A stretch of DNA of 64,000 nucleotides from Tubiluchus corallicola (taxonomy: Eukaryota > Animalia > Priapulida). Position numbers and translations under genes: made by a program. The DNA lies in the NCBI GenBank assembly GCA_030141605.1, contig JAQGDQ010000720.1, positions 1 to 64,000 of the forward strand, read 5' to 3'. The stretch's first letter is position 1. Each line of letters starts with the position of its first letter. The notes under the pieces were generated by a model. It was not told the DNA's origin, made no database searches, and saw nothing but the letters and a program-made list of their open reading frames with translations. This document shows positions 57,860-64,000 of the stretch, piece by piece.

Positions 57860-58137
57860 TGCATGAGCTGTCGAATGTGTGCAGTTCGTCACAAATTAGC
57901 ACATCTGAACTGAGAGGTACAGCACCTGTTTTTATGCAGAGCGTTTTCGAAATGCAGGCGTTAGTGCCCGTCTAACTAGCGAATGGCGAAGTGCATGTAA
58001 CAGCGAATAGGAAATTGTGTTTATGTGGTAATAATTCTTTCACATAAGTCATTTTTGAAAAAATAGTATGTTTCCTTTCAATGTTTTAAAGAGTAGATTG
58101 TTTTGACGTACAGCTTAAGATTGCATCCGGTTTTGCT
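57860..58137 (-). mobile_element. family K1 partial copy
   Basis: K1 core reverse complement ending ccggttttgct|ttaa. Confidence 0.7.
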
Positions 58138-58389
58138 TTAATCAGTTAATTATACCAAACGAACTATAACTCATATTTTCTTCTATGTTTTTGTCTTTAA
58201 ATCGTTTTCTGTCGCGATAATTTCATTGTAGGCACCGCCATACTGAAGTCTACATAAATGCTTGTTTGGTACACTTAACTTTTGACCTTTTCACGATCAT
58301 CATCAATCGCTGGAACCACGAAAAGACATATTGCAGAAGTTATATTTTTGTACATGTATCTGTGGTTCATTATTATTATTATTTTTCAG

Positions 58390-58453
58390 TTTATCTATGG
58401 CAAATTCTTTCCCCGATTCGATTGGGCAAGTTGACGTCATTAGTGATTCGGAG
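58390..58453 (+). CDS. EDRF1: EDRF1 coding exon 2
   Basis: tttttcag|T...GAG|gtaag; encodes (S)LSMANSFPDSIGQVDVISDSE; phases agree with both neighbouring exons. Confidence 0.9.
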
Positions 58454-59470
58454 GTAAGAGTCTATTTACTGTGTTCAAAATTTGAAAATTTATCAGATCG
58501 CTGTTTGTTGAAAAACATGCACTTACAGCCTTAGCTTAAATGATAGCGATCACGTTCGAATACGCATCACCTTTACGGATATTGCATTATGTACACATGG
58601 AAACACTTCTACATGTTTAAGTACAAACTATTGTATACGCATTACGCACACATGGAGTCATACCTTAAGAGGATAATTTAGTTATTTTATACAAATAATT
58701 GTTAGGTTTTGTTCTAAAATCATTGTTTATATAGCTTATACGATGACAGGTTTGTTGTCTGTCAGACATTGTTAGTTTGTACGTATCACAAATCTTACTT
58801 ATTTTCCGTGGGACGACAGGAAACTAAAAAGTGGGATGTCTCCTGGCTCTACAAAATGTGCTTTTCATAAGGTTCATAATTATGAAATTGCCGTTCGGTA
58901 AATTGATTTAATATTGCAAGTTTCAAGTCTCGTTGATTAAAAATCCACAGTCACTGTTGGTGTCTCTGAGAGGCATTTATCTTCAAAAGTCTCAGTTGAA
59001 TTTCATGTAAAGCACTGATCTTTATTTCTGCAATATTTAAAAACTAAAACAGAAAAGCAAAAGTGACTGACATTAGCTAATTTTATGAAAAGTTACATAG
59101 TTTAATTAGATTCACAGTTAATTATTCAATCAAAACTATCAATGAATAAATAAAAATAAAAATTAATAGAAATAAACTTACATCGTTGCGGCATATATCT
59201 AATGAAAAATTTCGCTAGCTTGCACAAGACACATGTTCACATACACTACAGAACAGCATAATGAAAAACATAACTAGGTCAATGCCCACACTTTAAACTT
59301 TCCAGCTAGATGGAGCCACCTTGGCTAAAAAAATAAAATTTATTAAGTCAGGTTCACACTGGCCTTAATAGTCACCATTGCAAAACTATTTCGTTACTAG
59401 TGTGCAATACTAGCACATAAAAATCTGATTTCTCAGGTTGTAAAGTTACTAAATCCTGCATTTACTTTAG

Positions 59471-59659
59471 AATATCAAAAAGTTGCTAAAGATGGCGTAC
59501 AACCCATCCCACATAAGCATGATGGTACATCGTATTGGAAAGACGTTACTATTGGACGACTTTGACATTCATCGCCATCTGTTGAGAACTGAAGAAACCG
59601 AATGGAAATGGCTTAGGAGATTTTTTTACACTCACGTGGTTGAAGCTATGCAGCGAGGG
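59471..59659 (+). CDS. EDRF1: EDRF1 coding exon 3
   Basis: tttactttag|AAT...GGG|gtaagt; 189 nt encoding NIKKLLKMAYNPSHISMMVHRIGKTLLLDDFDIHRHLLR..., a conserved EDRF1 block. Confidence 0.93.
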
Positions 59660-59779
59660 GTAAGTAGTTAGGGCACGTTCAGACTAGCAACTTTGGTCAC
59701 CAAGTAACTCGCAAGCGTTTTCAGACCAGAGAGCATCGCCGCATAACAACTGTTGGAGAGTTTGCAATAACTTGCCGAC

Positions 59780-60563
59780 AGTAACTCGCAAAACACTTCA
59801 CACTTGTGAGTTTGCTGTCAGAGAGAGTAACTCGCAAAGCAGTTCACACTTGTGAGTTTGCTGTCAGAGACAGTAACCTCGCAAAGCAGTTCACACTTGT
59901 GAGTTTGCTGTCGGAGAGAGTAACTCGCAAAGCAGTTCACACTTGCGAGTTTGCTGTCAGAGAGAGTAACTCGCAAAGCAGTTCACATTTGTGAGTTTGC
60001 TGTCATAGAGAGTAACTCGCAATGCAGTTCACATTTGTGAGTTTGCTGTCAGAGAGAGTAACTCGCAAAGCAGTTCACATTTGTGAGTTTGCTGTCAGAG
60101 AGAGTAACTCGCAAAGCAGTTCACATTTGTGAGTTTGCTGTCAGAGAGAGTAACTCGCAATGCAGTTCACATTTGTGAGTTTGCTGTCGAGAGAGTAACT
60201 CGCAAAACAGTTCACACTTGTGAGTTTGCTGTCAGAGAGAGTAACTCGCAAAGCAGTTCACACTTGTGAGTTTGCTGTCAGAGAGAGTAACTCGCAAAGC
60301 AGTTCACACTTGTGAGTTTGCTGTCAGAGAGAGTAACTCGCAAAGCAGTTCACACTTGTGAGTTTGCTGTCAGAGAGAGTAACTCGCAAAGCAGTTCACA
60401 CTTGTGAGTTTGCTGTCAGAGAGAGTAACTCGCAAAGCAGTTCACACTTGTGAGTTTGCTGTCGGAAACAGTAACCTCGCAAAGCAGTTCACACTTGTGA
60501 GTTTGTTGTCAGAAACAGTAACCTCGCAAAGTAGTTCACACTTGCGAGTTTGCTGTCAGAGAC
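59780..60563. repeat. 46-bp tandem repeat x~17 with internal hairpin
   Basis: Unit gagagtaactcgcaaagcagttcacacttgtgagtttgctgtcaga; aactcgcaa pairs with ttg(t/c)gagtt. Confidence 0.95.
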
Positions 60564-60566
60564 AGC

Positions 60567-60830
60567 GGCCGGGTCATACCAAAGACTTTAAAAAAGGTTG
60601 CCCTGCCAGATGCGTGGTTTTTATGGTAAAAGTGGGGTAATAATAGTTTCTGTTATGTAGTTGTAGGTTGTTATTTACAGTCGGCGATAATAGCTCTTTG
60701 AGTTAATGTTAATTGTTGACCCAAAAGCCGACTTTAAATAAAGATTATTGTTATTATTATTATTATTATTATCATCATCATTATTATTATTATTATTATT
60801 ATTATTTTTTTTTTTTTATGATTATTATTA

Positions 60831-60913
<83 letters not shown>
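60567..60913 (+). mobile_element. SINE 3' part with Meta/MESC-like core and (ATT)n tail
   Basis: ggccgggtcataccaaagactttaaaaaagg resembles, from memory, the Meta/MESC SINE core; ends aataaagattattg(att)n. Confidence 0.45.
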
Positions 60914-60917
<4 letters not shown>

Positions 60918-61188
60918 TTACAGAAAGCTAGGCCTCTCCTTTTAATTAATGTAATGAACTTTGTGGCTTTGAGCATCCGCTATATTTGTTGTGTCCATAT
61001 CTTCAGGCATGTTGGCTAGATATATATATGTTAAAGATGAGTATTTATCTATGGTTTTTGTAATAAGTGGAAAATTATATGCACACGGAAATGCGCATTT
61101 AACGAAATGTCATTAGATTTCGTAGAACCATGTCGCTTTGCAATGCGCCATTATAAAACATGTTCTTACGTTATGTAACAAATTTTAG

Positions 61189-61268
61189 GATTTGGATATC
61201 GGTCGCCCTGACAACAGCAGAGGAGCCCTGCAGAAGAGAAATATGTTTTCAAAGTTCTTGTATCATAG
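61189..61268 (+). CDS. EDRF1: EDRF1 coding exon 4
   Basis: aattttag|GAT...CAT AG|gtaat; encodes DLDIGRPDNSRGALQKRNMFSKFLYH(S), matching the EDRF1 SKFLYxS motif. Confidence 0.85.
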
Positions 61269-61459
61269 GTAATTTATATTTGTAGCAGTAGGTGGCAGTA
61301 GTGAATAAATGAACACGTGATAGTCTGTATGTATGAACGTAACTGTTAAGATACGATTATTGTTTTTCGTAGAAATGTTTGATCCGTAAAGGCAGGAAAG
61401 CTAGACTGGCGCTTAATGCAAAACAGGACGATTTTTGGGGTGTGCAAACTGCGGTACAC

Positions 61460-61883
61460 CAGAGGTGTGCAAACCGCGGCCCGCGGACTTCTTGTGGCCC
61501 ACCGAAAGGCCTTGTGTGGCCCGCGAAGAGGTTTGTCAACGTAATGAAAGTGCGGCCCACGCAATCCAGCTGAAGTCCGCGCCAATATCGCAAAGATAGT
61601 GCGGGTAGTTTTTTCCTCTAGATCGGATGGCATTAACCCTTACAAGACCGTTGTCACTTAATGTCACTGTCGGACATGACGAAATATTTGGTTTTTAATA
61701 TAAATTTTAATAACTTCTAAAATAGTTTCTTGAGTGTAGTAGTAATGATGTGCGCAAATCGGATGCAAAAAAATCGTTACTAGGTCCTACTGTACTTGGC
61801 TCCTTGACCAAACTGCGTGTGGCCCACAGGAATTGTGGGAATGTTTAATGTGGCCCAGGTAGTCAGGTAATTTGCTTACCCCT
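61460..61883. mobile_element. hAT/Charlie-like MITE
   Basis: cagaggtgtgcaaaccgcggcccgcgg start, repeated tgtggccc motifs, end atttgcttacccct. Confidence 0.65.
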
Positions 61884-61894
61884 ATCCTACACCA

Positions 61895-62002
61895 TTTTGA
61901 AGTACAGTAAAATGTATACATTTTGAAGTACAGTAAAATGTATACATTTTGAAGTACAGTAAAATGTATACATTTTGAAGTACAGTAAAATGTATACATT
62001 TT
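61895..62002. repeat. 26-bp tandem repeat x4
   Basis: ttttgaagtacagtaaaatgtataca repeated. Confidence 0.9.
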
Positions 62003-62500
62003 AACACATATAATAATGCCAAAGCAGTTGTGGTAATTAAATAATAAGTAAAAAAACTTTTTAACCTCGTTCGAGCCCGGCTAATGAATGTACATCACAA
62101 CTGAACATTATTTTCAGCAACACAAACATTCGATGAGCGAGTTGCATGTGTTTGCGGAAAATTGAAGTACAGCGCTGATGTACAACATTAAGTGTGATAA
62201 ACAAAAACTAGACAAATTTTAAAATAAAAATTGAAATTTAAAAAACTTGCTGCTGTGCTCACGCATGAGTTACCAAACATGTGTATTACATCACAAACGA
62301 ACAAGACTGAAGTGAGAGGTACAGCACCTGTTTTCGTGCAGCATGTTTCCAAAATGCAGGCGCAATCTAACTAGCAAATGGTGAAATGCATGTAACAGTG
62401 AAAAACTAGCAGCGCGAACGAGAAAATTGTGTTTGTATGGTAATAATTCTTTCACGTAAGTCATTCTTTCCTTTCAATATTTTAAAGAGTAGATTGTTTC
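61985..62500 (-). mobile_element. family K1 diverged copy
   Basis: K1 core reverse complement (gagaggtacagcacctg...ctagcaaatggtgaaatgcatgtaac...gagtagattg). Confidence 0.65.
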
Positions 62501-63229
62501 GTAGACTTTGGAATAACATCAATGAACACGTAAAAAATTCTTTATCTATAAATAACTTTAAAAGACATTTTAAAAGTGAAATCTTCTCAAATGATATAGA
62601 ATAAATCAATTTGAGTAATTACTCTGCTGCCCCTGTCGGAATCCATCACGTTGCTATGTCGATTTCAGGATTTCTATAGTTTGCGTTACTTCATACAGAT
62701 ACCATCACATCTTTCTCTTTCTTTCTGCTCTTCAACTTTTCTTTTCTACTTCTTTACTGCTCTTTTCCACTTTTCTCAATGCTCTTTCATTTGGGGTGCT
62801 CTCAGCATTACTTCTTGAGTCATTTGTAGCTTGGTATCTTGTGTACATAATAATAAATATCTTATCAAATTCTTTGGAAGTGCTATGCGCGATGATTGTC
62901 GTGGATTGTTTATTAATAAATAAATCAAATAAATAAATAATAAATAAAATCTACACGACCATTCGTTTATACAGCAAAGTTGTATGTTAATTTGTTAATC
63001 TTGTTGTAGCAGAGCCAAGCAAACAAGGTAATCGTTCAAAAGCGCCATACTGGTGTATTTCTCGCCTGACTGTGATAAACACAACATTGATAAAACTTTT
63101 GATTATCAAGAAATTCTATTCTTAGCTGTATTGCTGTTTTTAACCTGCCGTCGTTGCTATTGCTGAGAAGCAAAAATTTCTGGCTGCAACATTGTTGCTT
63201 TGTTTGTAAATAATGCTCCGTGTTTTTAG

Positions 63230-63635
63230 CTTGGCCAGCAGCAGCGACGAAGAGTGTCGTTCTCCGGAACGTTCCCGGAGTACCCCGTCGCTGTGCTCCG
63301 ACGAGTGCCTCTTTCAAGGCGACACGAGGCAAAATCCGTCTGCTTACTCTATGCCGTCTGATTATGACCCATATGTTGCCTATGACGACAACGACAGCAG
63401 CAGTATTCCTCCTTTCTTGACGTCAACAGAATTTGAGCAACGTGTCATCCATGACGACACAAACTCGGTTTCGTCTTCGTACTCTCCGAACACAAAACAG
63501 TGCATGGTTCGTGAAGAAGCCGATGCCGCTCCGTCTCCTTATCCCGGTTACTCTTCGGCTGTCGGCACGGAGCAGTGTGTCGTTCGGGAGAAGCGAAGAT
63601 CTCACTCGTTCTCTACTTCAGATTCTTCGTCACAA
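63230..63635 (+). CDS. EDRF1: EDRF1 coding exon 5 (Ser/Pro-rich low-conservation linker); gene continues beyond the window
   Basis: gtttttag|C completes AG+C=Ser; 135 further open codons to CAA|gtaagt; same frame as ORF 63213..63647. Confidence 0.75.
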
Positions 63636-64000
63636 GTAAGTTGTTAAAATAGTGAAAATGATAATTTAGCCAAAAAGTTTACAATTTTATGCTTTGGCAC
63701 TCTACAAGCTACAATCAAACACTCAGCGGCAGGGCCTACTTAATCTAGATGGTGGTGGCAGGACGGGAATCTTTATCGAGACTTGTCTTCTAACTTGAGA
63801 CACTAACAGTGATGTCTCTAGCACCTTTAGACTGAACAGGTACACCTTCATCAACAAGGTAAACGGCCAGAATCAGTATGGGAGATAAAGCCATCCGCAG
63901 TGAGTATTGAAACAAAAAGTCACCCATCCATACACTGACAAACTTTGACATTGCTTTACTTTGGCTCCTAAGCACATCGCACTTGGTTATTATCCTACAT

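Noticed and set aside
59780-60563. CRISPR-like palindromic repeat array
   Set aside because: No variable spacers and no cas genes; plain tandem repeat.

Overview
AT-rich, repeat-dense animal (protostome-like invertebrate) genomic DNA with spliceosomal introns. Three protein-coding genes are supportable. (1) A jelly belly (jeb)-like secreted LDLa-domain gene on the - strand: exons at 45982-46294 and 19456-19616 across a ~26.4 kb intron; its last exon was not located. (2) An intronless HAUS5/augmin-5 ORF on the + strand (51826-53703). (3) The first five coding exons of EDRF1 on the + strand (56715-63635, continuing past the window). The rest is transposon-derived or simple repeat: three copies of a 5S rRNA-headed SINE with an RTE-like body and tail; two copies of a Penelope-derived composite element carrying a minimal hammerhead ribozyme (one intact, one with the GAAA core deleted); TTAA-flanked Kolobok-like, hAT-like, Tigger-like, Harbinger-like and piggyBac-like MITEs, several nested; LINE 3' fragments; and many minisatellites. 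The left 11 kb holds a complex inverted duplication with junctions in (CAT)n/(GAT)n tracts. Most long ORFs in the supplied track are microsatellite or satellite artefacts. Family assignments come from recognised motifs and remembered consensus sequences, not database searches.
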